Shown: positions 17,476 to 26,683 of the stretch, in pieces
Layout of the letters: every line of letters begins with the position of its first letter
Numbering within the stretch: position 1 is the first letter of the stretch
NCBI GenBank assembly: GCA_017549405.1
Contig: JAFYUY010000136.1
Location: forward strand, 1-37,865
Origin: Clostridia bacterium
Lineage (GTDB): Bacteria; Bacillota; Clostridia; Oscillospirales; CAG-382
Direction: 5' to 3'
Length of the DNA stretch: 37,865 nucleotides
The notes under the pieces: generated by a model
Database searches by the model: none
Seen by the model: only the letters and a program-made list of their open reading frames with translations
Told to the model about the DNA's origin: nothing
Position numbers and translations under genes: made by a program

Positions 17476-19557
17476 TTATTTCGCAAAATACTTCTGCAGT
17501 TCAAGGGGTAGCTTTTCCGGGATCAGAACGTAAGTCCTCGAAAAAAGGTGGTTGTTGTTTTTGTCACGGAATTCAAACGTAACTTCCCTTGCAAAGTCAA
17601 AATCCTTTGTGGCAACGTTGTCACAAAAGCCCGTTCCGCACAGCTCGTAAAATGCACGTATATCATCTCTGTCGCTCACGAGGGTGTCGTATTTGCGGAG
17701 AACAGCCTTCGCTTCCGTTGTGGGATATTCAGGGTACAACACCTCATAAGACTGCGCATAGGCAATATCTTCGTAATAATACTTATCGTAATCCGCCTGC
17801 TCATATATCACAAGAGAATCTATCTTTTCAAACGCATCTTCGTTGGTGGAAGAATATCCCAAAGCTTCAAGTGCTGCGATGGTGTGGACGTAATTTCTGT
17901 TGATGGATATCGACACCTCGGTAGCATATGCAAGCTTTTGCTGTATTCCCGTCGGCCGCATACCGGAGAGCTTTATTACGCAGGGAATAAAATACTGAAG
18001 CTCAATGCTCAATGTTCCGCGGCTATAAAGCTTATCTGCGGGAAGAGCGCGTATATCTGCACACAGTGCATTATAGAGCTTTCTCGCATCGGCACCGTCG
18101 AATCTTGACGCATCGGAGTTGATTCTGTCATCAAATACAACGGCGCCGAGTATTTCCTTGTCGGTGGAATCTATAAGCGGATACTGCATGGATTTTATCA
18201 CATCAAGGCTCATAAACGGCAACATATACTGCTCAAAGCGTTCGGGAGAAAGGGTTTCGTAACGGCGCTTTATAACTCCTCCGTTTTTAAGCTTGTAGGA
18301 TACTGTCATCCAGTCGCGGGTGTAAAGACCGTATTTGGCGCCGATATATCTTTCGAGATTTGCCTCATCTTCAATGTATGCGGTGTGAAGCTGTGTCAGT
18401 TTCTCAAGCTCGTCGGGCGTTGTGAGTCTGTAATCGGGAAGACTGTCGTAAACGATCTCGTTTCCGTGGTAATAGTATCCTCCCGAGCCGGAAATCTCAA
18501 CCTCGGCATATTCAACGGAATCAATGTCGGGCACTCTTGTTTCATAGCCCGTAATGTCAAACTGCATGCACGCCGTAAGGAAGATAACAGCCACCGTGTA
18601 TATGGCAATGTAAACTCCCGTGCCGCGCATGGATACTGTTTTGCGGGATATCATAACGGCACCTATAACTCCCACAAGTCCCAGCGGGAGCATATATAGC
18701 ATGGAAGAACCGTTACCCAGCATTCCGCAGAAGAAAAAGTAGCTTATCATACCCGTAACAAGACCCACGGCATAGATGAATACGGGACGCATTTTTTTGA
18801 ATGCCACAACTTCTTCGCAATTTTCCAGAGGACGTATGCGATAAACGGCATAACCTGCAATAAGAAATACAACAGATGCCGCCACATATACCGCAAATTT
18901 CCACGGGAACATGGCATCGGGGAAAATGTAGAGGAAATAGAGAATCTCTTCATATATATCGGGCACCACATATCCGTAAAGGCTTCGGTCGCAGATAAAG
19001 GTGAAAAACCACATAAGAGCTGCGGGAAGGATCGCTATTGCCAGAGAAAATAGCACGGATACCACAAGATTTCCGCACACAGTCATGGCAAAGACGGCAA
19101 CCGAAAAGGAGATTGCGGAATACACAATGTACGCACCGAGGAACATAAAACAATGTTCAAATGGAAACACACCGCACACAAGAAGCAACAGAGTTATTAT
19201 CACAGGGGGTATAACCATGAGGATGGCGCCCGAAGTTATGTGAGAAAGATACAGCTTTCTGCGTGAAAACGGCAGGCCGTGCATACAGGAAACGGAGTTT
19301 ACCTTGTCAAGATATGCAAAAAGCTTTGTTCCCAGAAACAGTCCGAATACGCATGCCGCAAAAAATGAAAAGGCAAACATATTCATAAAGCGGGGTGCGG
19401 TAATAAAATGCTCGGGACTTCTTCCGTCTGTGGCACCTATAAAATTGAAAAGCAGAATGACCGTTACTGCAATGGGCCATGGCCAGTGGTTGCGCAGATC
19501 GCTTTTTATAAGCGCGCGGGATAAAAATCTTTCAGATGAGGATGTTTTCAAACTCAT
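17476..19557 (-). CDS. ABC transporter permease-like membrane protein with a large C-terminal soluble domain
   Basis: About 10 hydrophobic segments in the N-half; HGLPFSRRKLY motif. SD GGAGGT favours the MSLKT start at 19557, overlapping the ATPase gene. Confidence 0.82.
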   Translation of the reverse strand: MSLKTSSSERFLSRALIKSDLRNHWPWPIAVTVILLFNFIGATDGRSPEHFITAPRFMNMFAFSFFAACVFGLFLGTKLFAYLDKVNSVSCMHGLPFSRRKLYLSHITSGAILMVIPPVIITLLLLVCGVFPFEHCFMFLGAYIVYSAISFSVAVFAMTVCGNLVVSVLFSLAIAILPAALMWFFTFICDRSLYGYVVPDIYEEILYFLYIFPDAMFPWKFAVYVAASVVFLIAGYAVYRIRPLENCEEVVAFKKMRPVFIYAVGLVTGMISYFFFCGMLGNGSSMLYMLPLGLVGVIGAVMISRKTVSMRGTGVYIAIYTVAVIFLTACMQFDITGYETRVPDIDSVEYAEVEISGSGGYYYHGNEIVYDSLPDYRLTTPDELEKLTQLHTAYIEDEANLERYIGAKYGLYTRDWMTVSYKLKNGGVIKRRYETLSPERFEQYMLPFMSLDVIKSMQYPLIDSTDKEILGAVVFDDRINSDASRFDGADARKLYNALCADIRALPADKLYSRGTLSIELQYFIPCVIKLSGMRPTGIQQKLAYATEVSISINRNYVHTIAALEALGYSSTNEDAFEKIDSLVIYEQADYDKYYYEDIAYAQSYEVLYPEYPTTEAKAVLRKYDTLVSDRDDIRAFYELCGTGFCDNVATKDFDFAREVTFEFRDKNNNHLFSRTYVLIPEKLPLELQKYFAK

Positions 19558-20470
19558 AACCCATACCTCCCAGTTCATAGATGAATACTTCTTCCAAAGT
19601 CAAAGGAATAATGTCAAAAACCACGGGCGAATACTGTGCCGCGATATTTTTTATGTCTTCCATATCGCCTTTCACAATAAGGCTTGCCACACTTCCCATG
19701 CGGCTTTCGTGCAGAAGCTCAAGGTTTGACGTGAAAAGGGCAAGCTTTTCGTCGCTTCCCTCTTTTGCAAAGGCGATCTGTATTTTGTGTATGTTGCCTT
19801 TAACATCATCAAGGGATTTTTCAATAACCATTTTGCCGCCGAACATTATACCAACGTGGTCGCACACATCCTCAAGCTCACGCAGATTGTGGCTGGATAT
19901 AAGGACTGTCATACCACGCTCTGCCACTTCATTGAGCACAAGGCGCCATGTGTTGCGGCGCATAACGGGGTCAAGACCGTCTATAGGCTCGTCGAGTATC
20001 ATGACATCGGGTTGAGCGGAAATACCAAGCCAGAAAGCCACCTGCTTTTGCATACCCTTGGAAAGGCGGATGACCTTTCTTTTAAGGTCTATTTTATAAA
20101 TGTCGTGGAGTTTTTCAAAAAGCTCATTGCTCCAGTTGGGGTAGATATCCGCATACATCTTTGCTGTCTGTTCAATTGTGTAGGTAGGATAATAAAACAA
20201 GTCGTCGCAAACATATATCATGCGGCTTTTGACCTCTTCGTTTTCGAATATGGGCTTGCCGTCAAGCGTCATCTCTCCGGAATCTGCCTTATATATGCCC
20301 ATAAGTGCTTTTATAAAGGTTGTTTTTCCCGCACCGTTTGGTCCCACAAGTCCGTAAACAGAACCTTTTTTAACGTTAAGACTGAGTCCGTCCAGTGCAC
20401 GGAAGGCTCCAAAGTTTTTGGTAACACCGGATACTGTTATCATCATTTCATTGCCCGTTGTCATTTCCAT
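19532..20470 (-). CDS. ABC transporter ATP-binding protein (YtrB-like)
   Basis: Walker A GPNGAGKTT; signature LSKGMQK; ILDEPIDGLD; ISSHNL. Confidence 0.95.
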   Translation of the reverse strand: MEMTTGNEMMITVSGVTKNFGAFRALDGLSLNVKKGSVYGLVGPNGAGKTTFIKALMGIYKADSGEMTLDGKPIFENEEVKSRMIYVCDDLFYYPTYTIEQTAKMYADIYPNWSNELFEKLHDIYKIDLKRKVIRLSKGMQKQVAFWLGISAQPDVMILDEPIDGLDPVMRRNTWRLVLNEVAERGMTVLISSHNLRELEDVCDHVGIMFGGKMVIEKSLDDVKGNIHKIQIAFAKEGSDEKLALFTSNLELLHESRMGSVASLIVKGDMEDIKNIAAQYSPVVFDIIPLTLEEVFIYELGGMGYEFENILI

Positions 20471-20840
20471 CAATGTTTCCTCCTTTGTAGATTTGCTCTA
20501 TAATGCCACATAGCTCGTCGAAAGTTTTTCCCGTATACATAAGCTCACGTGCCGCATCGGTAAATTTTGCAAGGACTTCGTTTCCTGCCGCTTTTTCTGC
20601 CTGACTGCGTGGGGAAACAAAATACCCCTTTGCCTTGAGCGAGTGGATATAACCTTCGTTTTCCAGCTCCTTGTATGCTTTCTGAATGGTGTTTGGGTTT
20701 ATTGCCATGTTGACGGCAAGCTCACGCACCGAAGGAATCCTGTCGCCGTCGGCAAGGCTTCCGCCGATTATCAGAAATTTTATATTTTCCTTTATTTGTT
20801 CGTAAAGCGGACGACGATCTCCGGGTTCCAGCTGAAACAT
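20448..20840 (-). CDS. GntR-family regulator, YtrA subfamily
   Basis: PLYEQI...IPSVRELA..INPNTIQKAY.ELE.EG with a short C-terminus. SD AAGGAG favours ATG 20840. Confidence 0.93.
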   Translation of the reverse strand: MFQLEPGDRRPLYEQIKENIKFLIIGGSLADGDRIPSVRELAVNMAINPNTIQKAYKELENEGYIHSLKAKGYFVSPRSQAEKAAGNEVLAKFTDAARELMYTGKTFDELCGIIEQIYKGGNIDGNDNGQ

Positions 20841-20858
20841 ACCGCACTCTCCTTTCTT

Positions 20859-20893
20859 TGTATTAACTGTACTACTACAGATAATACAGTTAA
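20859..20893. promoter_or_regulatory. Putative YtrA-type operator (two overlapping TGTA-N13-TACA palindromes)
   Basis: TGTATTAACTGTACTACTACA (20859-20879) and TGTACTACTACAGATAATACA (20868-20888); the second overlaps the -10 box. Confidence 0.75.
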
Positions 20894-20909
20894 ATTTTGT
20901 TTTTGTCAA
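20881..20909 (-). promoter_or_regulatory. Sigma-A promoter of the GntR-ABC operon
   Basis: TTGACA-17bp-TATTAT on the minus strand. Confidence 0.75.
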
Positions 20910-21076
20910 GAGGTTTTGGAAAAAAATATATATTTTTCAAAAAAGAGTTTTACATTGGATTTTACGCGGTTGACTGCCGCAAGCCTTTTAAAGAGTTGAT
21001 ATCCATCATCAACATGCCGCACCTCACACCACGGCACAAGCGCATCTGCACCGTACTGACTTGTTATAAAGAAAAC

Positions 21077-21111
21077 AAAAAAACAGGGTGTGCATCTTTC
21101 GATACACACCC
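21077..21111 (-). terminator. Intrinsic terminator of rpsU
   Basis: Minus strand AGGGTGTGTATC-GAAA-GATGCACACCCT followed by GTTTTTTT. Confidence 0.85.
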
Positions 21112-21198
21112 TTACTTAGGCTTAAATTAACAAGTCTATAACAATAAAATCAGAAATAGAAATTTACATTGGAAATAGACGCAGCCCTACCGCATCGC

Positions 21199-21375
21199 TT
21201 ACTTATACTTGCGCTTGCGGGCAGCCTCGGACTTTTTCTTGCGTTTTACGCTGGGTTTTTCGTAGTGTTCTCTCTTGCGGAGCTCTGTGAGTACACCGCT
21301 TCTTGCACACTGTCTCTTAAATCTGCGAAGTGCGCTGTCGAGATTTTCACCGTCTTTAAGTTTTACTTCTGCCAT
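21199..21375 (-). CDS. rpsU: 30S ribosomal protein S21
   Basis: Hand-translated, 58 aa (shorter than any ORF in the track): [58 protein letters not shown]; SD GGAGGGAGGG. Confidence 0.98.
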   Translation of the reverse strand: MAEVKLKDGENLDSALRRFKRQCARSGVLTELRKREHYEKPSVKRKKKSEAARKRKYK

Positions 21376-21431
21376 TTTTTTCCCTCCCTCCGCATAGGCA
21401 AAGAGATAATTGTATTTTTGTGCTACAATGT

Positions 21432-21460
21432 ATTATATAACAATATGTCCCTCTTGTCAA
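21432..21460 (-). promoter_or_regulatory. Consensus sigma-A promoter of rpsU
   Basis: TTGACA-17bp-TATAAT on the minus strand. Confidence 0.85.
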
Positions 21461-21512
21461 GGCTTTTTTCAAAATTAATTATTATATAATATCATTTTTT
21501 TGAAAAAATCAA

Positions 21513-23915
21513 TTATTTCACAACGATATTTATAAGCTTATTGGGCACAAAGATCTCTTTTACAGTTTCTTTGCCCTCAAAGAATTTTGCAAAATTTTCA
21601 TCGGCGCGTACTGCGGCAATGGCGGTATCTTTATCCGTACCCGTGGGCATGGATATTGTTCCGCGGAACTTTCCGCATATCTGCACGCCATATTCCACAA
21701 CGGAATCAACAGTTTTTGCTTCATCGTATTCCGGCCATTTTTCCACGGAAAGGAATGTTTTTTCGCCAAGTGTGTGCCACATTTCCTCGGTAAGGTGAGG
21801 TGCAAAGGGATTGAGAAGTGTGATGAATGTCTTGAGTTCATCAACTGTGAGGGTTCCTGCATCATATATTTCGTTGATGAGGGACATCATTGCAGCAATG
21901 GCGGTATTGAACTTCATATCCTCAATATCAGCCGAAACCTTCTTGATGGTCTTGTGGAATGCCGATTCAAGCTTTTCCGTAACACCATTGCCCTTTGCAA
22001 TGTCTGCAAGACCTGCCACACGCTCAATAAAGCGCTTGCAGCCCTTAACACTGCTGTCGCTCCAGGGAGCCGCAGAAGCATAGTCGCCCATAAAGAGTAT
22101 GTAAACTCTGAGAACGTCTGCACCGTATTCATCAACCACATCGTTGGGGTCTACAACATTGCCCTTGGATTTACTCATTTTTTCACCGTCGGGACCAAGG
22201 ATAAGTCCCTGTGCCGTACGCTTTGCGTAGGGTTCTGCCGTGGGCACTTCTCCGATATCGTAAAGGAATCTGTGCCAGAAACGGGAGTATATCATGTGGC
22301 GTGTAACGTGCTCCATACCACCGTTGTACCAGTCAACGGGGAGCCAGTACTTGAGCTTGTCGGGATCTGCAAATACGCTGTCGTTGTGCGCATCGATATA
22401 ACGCAGGAAGTACCATGACGATCCTGCCCATTGGGGCATGGTGTCGGTCTCTCTTCTGGCTTTTCCGCCACATTCGGGACAAGTGCAGTTCACCCAGTCA
22501 TCAAGCTTTGCAAGGGGACTTTCACCGCCCTCGCCGGGAGCGAAGTTTTCCATATTGGGAAGGCGAAGAGGAAGTTCCTCATAGGGCACACCGACCATTC
22601 CGCACTTTTCGCAGTGGATGATCGGAATGGGTTCGCCCCAGTATCTCTGACGGTTGAATGCCCAGTCCTTCATTTTGTACTGAACACCCTTTTCGCCAAT
22701 GCCCTTTTCCGCAAGGAATGCAAGCATCTTTTCAATGGCTTCTTTCTTGGTGGCAATGCCGTTAAGGAAGTCGGAATTTACCATTTCGCCGTCGCCCGTA
22801 TAGGCTTCTGTTGAAATGTCTCCGCCCTTTATAACTTCGATAATATCAATACCGAACTTCTTTGCAAAGTCATAGTCACGTTCATCGTGTGCGGGAACTG
22901 CCATGATGGCACCCGTGCCGTAGCCCATCATAACGTAGTCGGAAATGTAAATGGGTATTTCCTTGCCGTTTGCGGGGTTAATTGCAGCTATTCCGTCGAT
23001 CTTGACACCCGTTTTGTCCTTAACAAGCTGTGTGCGCTCAAATTCCGTCTTCTTTGCGCATTCTGCCTTATAGGCTTCAAGCTCGTCAAAGTTCTTTATT
23101 CTGTCGGCATACTTCTGAATTACGGGGTGTTCGGGGGCAATTACCATAAAGGTAACACCGAACATGGTGTCGCAGCGGGTGGTATAGATGCGAAGGGATT
23201 CATCGCAGTTTGTGAGAGCAAAGTTCACAAAGGCGCCCTCGGATCTGCCTATCCAGTTTTCCTGCTGGAGCTTTACATTGGGAAGATAATCCACATCCTC
23301 AAGTCCCGAAAGGAGCTTATCCGCATATTCGGTTATGCGCAGATACCAAACGTCCTTGGACTTCTGAATGATATCGCTGTGGCAGATATCACACTTACCG
23401 CCCTGGGAATCCTCGTTGGAAAGAACAACTTTACAGTGGGGACAGTAGTTTACAAGAGTGGTGGCGCGGAACACAAGACCTTTATTGAACATCTTGCGGA
23501 ATATCCACTGTGTCCACTTGTAATACTTATCGTCGGTGGTGTCGATCACCTTTGTCCAGTCAAAGGAAAATCCAACACGTTTGAGCTGAGAAGTAAATTT
23601 TTCGATATTGTTGTCTGTTACGATTCTGGGGTGAATTCCTGTTTTTATAGCGTAGTTTTCCGTGGGAAGACCATATGCGTCAAATCCCATGGGGAAAAGA
23701 ACATTGTAGCCTTCCATGCGTCTTTTTCTTGAAATAACTTCAAGTCCGGAATATGCCTTGATGTGACCAACGTGCATACCTGCACCGCTGGGGTAAGGGA
23801 ATTCCACAAGACCATAAAATTTGGGTTTTGTGTAATCGTCGGAGGCATGGAAAATGCCTGCTTCTTCCCATTTTTCCTGCCATTTCTGCTCGATCTGTTT
23901 AAAATCGTGTCTCAT
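21513..23915 (-). CDS. leuS: Leucine--tRNA ligase
   Basis: FPYPSG..HVGH, CP1 editing motifs YTTR.DT and GTGAIMAVPAHD, RQRYWGEPIP, KMSKS. Confidence 0.98.
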   Translation of the reverse strand: MRHDFKQIEQKWQEKWEEAGIFHASDDYTKPKFYGLVEFPYPSGAGMHVGHIKAYSGLEVISRKRRMEGYNVLFPMGFDAYGLPTENYAIKTGIHPRIVTDNNIEKFTSQLKRVGFSFDWTKVIDTTDDKYYKWTQWIFRKMFNKGLVFRATTLVNYCPHCKVVLSNEDSQGGKCDICHSDIIQKSKDVWYLRITEYADKLLSGLEDVDYLPNVKLQQENWIGRSEGAFVNFALTNCDESLRIYTTRCDTMFGVTFMVIAPEHPVIQKYADRIKNFDELEAYKAECAKKTEFERTQLVKDKTGVKIDGIAAINPANGKEIPIYISDYVMMGYGTGAIMAVPAHDERDYDFAKKFGIDIIEVIKGGDISTEAYTGDGEMVNSDFLNGIATKKEAIEKMLAFLAEKGIGEKGVQYKMKDWAFNRQRYWGEPIPIIHCEKCGMVGVPYEELPLRLPNMENFAPGEGGESPLAKLDDWVNCTCPECGGKARRETDTMPQWAGSSWYFLRYIDAHNDSVFADPDKLKYWLPVDWYNGGMEHVTRHMIYSRFWHRFLYDIGEVPTAEPYAKRTAQGLILGPDGEKMSKSKGNVVDPNDVVDEYGADVLRVYILFMGDYASAAPWSDSSVKGCKRFIERVAGLADIAKGNGVTEKLESAFHKTIKKVSADIEDMKFNTAIAAMMSLINEIYDAGTLTVDELKTFITLLNPFAPHLTEEMWHTLGEKTFLSVEKWPEYDEAKTVDSVVEYGVQICGKFRGTISMPTGTDKDTAIAAVRADENFAKFFEGKETVKEIFVPNKLINIVVK

Positions 23916-23956
23916 TGCTTTTTATATTCTCCTCTTGTTCAAATATATTTCTTTTG

Positions 23957-24370
23957 TCAGTCTTCCTTCTGAACAAATTCCACGGGCGTTCCTTCTGCCC
24001 ACAGCTTTTCAAGCTTGTAGAATTCGCGGGACTCTTTTCCGAAAACGTGCACGAGCACGCTGTCGAAGTCAAGAAGCACCCAAGAGCCGTCACCGCGTCC
24101 TTCAACCCGCAAAGGATCTATACCGCGAAGTCCGAGCTTATATTCCACCTCGTCGGCAAGGGAATTTACCTGTGTTCTTGAAGAACCTCCCGCAATAACA
24201 AAGTAATCGGCGATAACGGTCTTTTGATTTACGTTAATTATTTTTATATCCTTTGCCTTTTTTTCGTCAAGGATAGCTGCTATTTCCAGCGCAAGCTGTT
24301 TCCCGTCTTCCATAGCCTTTTGTTCTTGTGCATCGATAACGGGAGTGTTGGTATTTTTTATATCTTCCAT
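23957..24370 (-). CDS. rsfS: Ribosome silencing factor RsfS
   Basis: EKKAKDI, ADYFVIA, RVEG, WVLLDF..VLVHVF..ESREFYKLEKLW; SD favours ATG 24370. Confidence 0.95.
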   Translation of the reverse strand: MEDIKNTNTPVIDAQEQKAMEDGKQLALEIAAILDEKKAKDIKIINVNQKTVIADYFVIAGGSSRTQVNSLADEVEYKLGLRGIDPLRVEGRGDGSWVLLDFDSVLVHVFGKESREFYKLEKLWAEGTPVEFVQKED

Positions 24371-24400
24371 ACAAAGATCCTTTCGCAATTCCAGAAATAC

Positions 24401-26050
24401 TTATGCGGCAATTTTATCTTCCGCATTGTCGGTTACGGTTTCTTCTGCTCCGATTTCAGTTTCCGATTCGGGTTCTGTTTCGGGTTCAGTTTCCGATTCG
24501 GGTTCAGTTTCCGTTTCGGGTTCAGTTTCCGTTCCGGGTTCGGTTTCCGTTTCGGGTTCGGTTTCCGTTTCGGGCTTAGTTTCCGATTCGGGTTCAGTTT
24601 CCGATTCGGGTTCTGTTTCCGTTTCGGGTTTTGTTTCCTTCTCCTTTTCGGGTTTTGGCTGAGGTTTTACTGCCTCGGAATTAGTATTGTCGCTTTCCGC
24701 GTTGTTATCCGCGGGAGTTGAAGGGGTAGACGGGATGCCGTGGTGTCCGCCCACAAAATTCAGAGAAGGTTGTTTTTCTGTTATATCCTCCATCGTCATG
24801 CCGGAGGTCGCACCGTCTGACACTCCCGTGCTGTCCACAAGTTCTATCATATTCACGGCATTTTCCGAAAGGGGATGGGTAAATATGTTGAAATGCTCGT
24901 TTACTATTTTAAGGTTTTCCGCCTTGTTTAGCGAATAATACATTCCGTTGTTATACGGTGTTCCCTGCATATTCAGCATGGTGATGCCCGAAAGGTCAAG
25001 GGAGAGGGCGGGTTTTACAAAACCGAGAGCATTGTCAATGGTCATATCGGTATTCACGCTGTCAAACACCGCACGCACGATATCGTCTACCTTTGTGACG
25101 GTTGAAAAGCTTGTGAGCTTTTTGAAGAATGCGGTAAGGAATATCTTCTGTGCATCAAGGCGTGCGATATCTGCCTGAACATATCCCGCTCTGAAGCGCA
25201 CAAAACCTTCGGCAGCTTTGCCGTTAAGATGTTGCTGACCCTTGTTTATATGGATGTGGAGGTCCTGGAAAGGATCGTCATAGTGCATACTTTCCTGAAC
25301 GTAAACATCCACACCGCCGACAGCATCTACTATCTTAACAAAAGCATCTGTGGAAACTATTGCATAATAATCAAAATATATGCCGAAAGTACGGCTTATG
25401 ACATCCTGCAAAAGCTTTATTCCGTAGGATGAGCACACATCAGCCTGAGCCTTCGTGCCACTCATATAGTTCTTTAAAACTTCGGGAGTTACGGATATGG
25501 AGGACTTTTCGCAAAGGGTCTTTATTTCCGCATCCGATTTGTTTTTTGCCGCATTCTTTAAGCGGTTGAGCTCCGTGCGCGCGGAGGTGTAACCGCGTGC
25601 AAAGACTGCGTTTATTTTGGATTTGTTGCCGTCTTTATCTTCAACATAGGAGTCGCGGGGGATCTGAACCGTTGCCGCTTTGCCGTTTTTTGTGTCGAAG
25701 GATGCAACTATCATAACGTCGGTGTTGAGAGCAACTTTATCTCTGCCTATCACAAGGACGTTGTAAAATCCTTCTTTTCTGCCTATGGGGGAATCCGTGT
25801 TCTCTTTTTTGTCATTTTCCCCGCTCTCGACTTCAAACATATTGGTGTTTTGTGTTATTTCGTTTTCGTGCTGCACCTGTTCGGGGTTTTTGTTCATTCT
25901 GGACCATACGTATGCAGAGCCCGCGCCCGCAACCACAAGGACCAGCGCCAAAAGGCTTATAAGGGAAATAATAAGTATCTTAAGCCATTTTTTCATTGGC
26001 TTTTTTTCTTTTATTTTCCAGGGCTTTACTCTTTTTGCTTTCTTTTTCAT
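24401..26050 (-). CDS. LCP (LytR-CpsA-Psr) family cell-wall glycopolymer ligase with an acidic repeat tail
   Basis: Basic N-terminus plus one TM; NVLVIGRD, TDVMIV, IPRDS, KINA, VDAVGGV, FVRFR and DIARLDAQ. Confidence 0.92.
   Translation of the reverse strand: MKKKAKRVKPWKIKEKKPMKKWLKILIISLISLLALVLVVAGAGSAYVWSRMNKNPEQVQHENEITQNTNMFEVESGENDKKENTDSPIGRKEGFYNVLVIGRDKVALNTDVMIVASFDTKNGKAATVQIPRDSYVEDKDGNKSKINAVFARGYTSARTELNRLKNAAKNKSDAEIKTLCEKSSISVTPEVLKNYMSGTKAQADVCSSYGIKLLQDVISRTFGIYFDYYAIVSTDAFVKIVDAVGGVDVYVQESMHYDDPFQDLHIHINKGQQHLNGKAAEGFVRFRAGYVQADIARLDAQKIFLTAFFKKLTSFSTVTKVDDIVRAVFDSVNTDMTIDNALGFVKPALSLDLSGITMLNMQGTPYNNGMYYSLNKAENLKIVNEHFNIFTHPLSENAVNMIELVDSTGVSDGATSGMTMEDITEKQPSLNFVGGHHGIPSTPSTPADNNAESDNTNSEAVKPQPKPEKEKETKPETETEPESETEPESETKPETETEPETETEPGTETEPETETEPESETEPETEPESETEIGAEETVTDNAEDKIAA
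24455..24637. repeat. Intragenic degenerate 18-bp tandem repeat (~10 units) encoding E-T-E-P-E-S/T
   Basis: Plus-strand unit approximately GTTTCCGWTTCGGGTTCN; protein KPETETEPESETEPESETKPETETEPETETEPGTETEPETETEPESETEPETEPESETE. Confidence 0.92.
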
Positions 26051-26084
26051 CTTTTTCCCTCTGTTTTGTTATCCAAAGTACGCA

Positions 26085-26591
26085 TCACACCTGCATATTT
26101 ATGAGTGTGTGACCGCAGCTTTCCGCATATTTTTCAAGATCTTCGTATGTTATAAAAAGAGTTGAAGTGTTTTCATTGGGGTGCACTCCCAAAAGTGTGC
26201 CCTTTAATGTGTCGTCTATAATAAGAGACACACTTTTTGCGGTATCGTTTATTACGGCAAGGGGAGTTACTGCGCCTCGGGTTACCCCGAGCTTTTCGGT
26301 AAGCTCTTCCTCCGATGCAAAGCTTAATGGCTTTGTGCCGAGGAATCTTCGGAGCATTTTGATATCGGTGTTCTTTTTCCCCGCTGTTACCACAAGGAAA
26401 AATCTGTCGCTGTTGTGCTCTTTCAAAAAGAGATTCTTAACGGTTATACCGCCATCGGGCAGGGAAAGCTCTTTTTCTTTTTCGTAAGCTTCCTCCATGG
26501 TATATACCGCACCGTGCTCCACAAAGGTGTATTTTATACCGAGAGCATCAAGCTTCCCGATAACGGCGGTTCTTTTTTCTGTATCTGTCAT
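26085..26591 (-). CDS. Free-standing prolyl-tRNA editing domain (YbaK/ProX superfamily, ProXp-ala-like)
   Basis: H..VYTMEE, KNLFLK, LSFAS, LGVTRGAVTPL and HPNENT; start is ATG 26591 or TTG 26618. Confidence 0.9.
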   Translation of the reverse strand: MTDTEKRTAVIGKLDALGIKYTFVEHGAVYTMEEAYEKEKELSLPDGGITVKNLFLKEHNSDRFFLVVTAGKKNTDIKMLRRFLGTKPLSFASEEELTEKLGVTRGAVTPLAVINDTAKSVSLIIDDTLKGTLLGVHPNENTSTLFITYEDLEKYAESCGHTLINMQV

Positions 26592-26683
26592 TTTTATGAC
26601 TGTCCTTTCATCAAACAAGGTTTTTGCGCTGAAAGCACAAGACCCTTATAGTAAAGCAAAGAATTCGGACTTTGCTTTACGGC

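Noticed and set aside
20841-20909. N-terminal extension of GntR in the ORF track
   Set aside because: The TTG is the -35 box itself; the SD supports ATG 20840
21169-21489. 106-aa hydrophobic plus-strand ORF resembling a membrane protein
   Set aside because: Antisense shadow of Lys/Arg-rich rpsU
22887-23732. 281-aa plus-strand ORF, and similar long antisense ORFs elsewhere
   Set aside because: Antisense to leuS and other well-supported genes, with no motifs or SD
24224-24721. RFGFS- and SVSDSG-repeat ORFs; repeat considered as a CRISPR array
   Set aside because: Antisense readings of the LCP coding repeat; the units are contiguous, with no unique spacers and no cas genes
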